Origin: Ginglymostoma cirratum
Taxonomy: Eukaryota
DNA: 64,000 nucleotides
NCBI GenBank assembly: GCA_024137785.1
Contig: JAHRHZ010000264.1
Coordinates: forward strand, 16,705,946 to 16,769,945
Direction: 5' to 3'
Shown: positions 63,943 through 64,000 of the stretch, one piece after another
How the letters are laid out: each line of letters begins with the position of its first letter
Position numbering within the stretch: position 1 is the first letter of the stretch
Program-made: the position numbers and the translations under genes
Notes under the pieces: generated by a model
What the model was told of the DNA's origin: nothing
Seen by the model: the letters and a program-made list of their open reading frames with translations, nothing else
Database searches by the model: none

Positions 63943-64000
63943 AGTGAGACAAAAATGGAAATTTCTGGAAAAGCTCAGCAGGTCTGGCAGTATCTGTGGA
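63943..64000 (-). mobile_element. Penelope-like terminal repeat fragment cut by the window end
   Basis: 'ctggaaaagctcagcaggtctggcagtatctgtgga' matches 34360-34392 and is antisense to 10075-10130. Confidence 0.6.

Noticed and set aside
1-64000. CRISPR arrays, operons or other prokaryotic systems; the many 60-130 aa ORFs
   Set aside because: Vertebrate genomic DNA with no regularly spaced repeats; the short ORFs are random or TE-derived

Overview
Eukaryotic (vertebrate) DNA, most likely a cartilaginous fish; this is inferred from the repeat families (CR1/L2 LINE relics, tRNA- and Deu-type SINEs, Penelope-like elements). The only credible protein-coding gene is the intronless class III POU factor POU3F3 (Brn-1) at 18249-19442 (+), with a CCAAT/ETS promoter and a 3' UTR that probably ends near 20.78 kb. 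The gene lies in a roughly 33-kb CpG-retaining, repeat-poor domain (about 10-43 kb) holding candidate cis-regulatory elements. The flanks are CpG-poor and repeat-rich. The most notable signal is a dispersed family of short elements carrying a minimal hammerhead-ribozyme-like core (CUGANGA-A-stem II-GAAA-CGUH) with covarying stem II. It includes a ~95-nt unit found twice with matching ends (one copy with a 12-bp target-site duplication), an inverted pair and a Penelope RT relic. All calls were made by eye without database searches; repeat boundaries are approximate unless a TSD is given.
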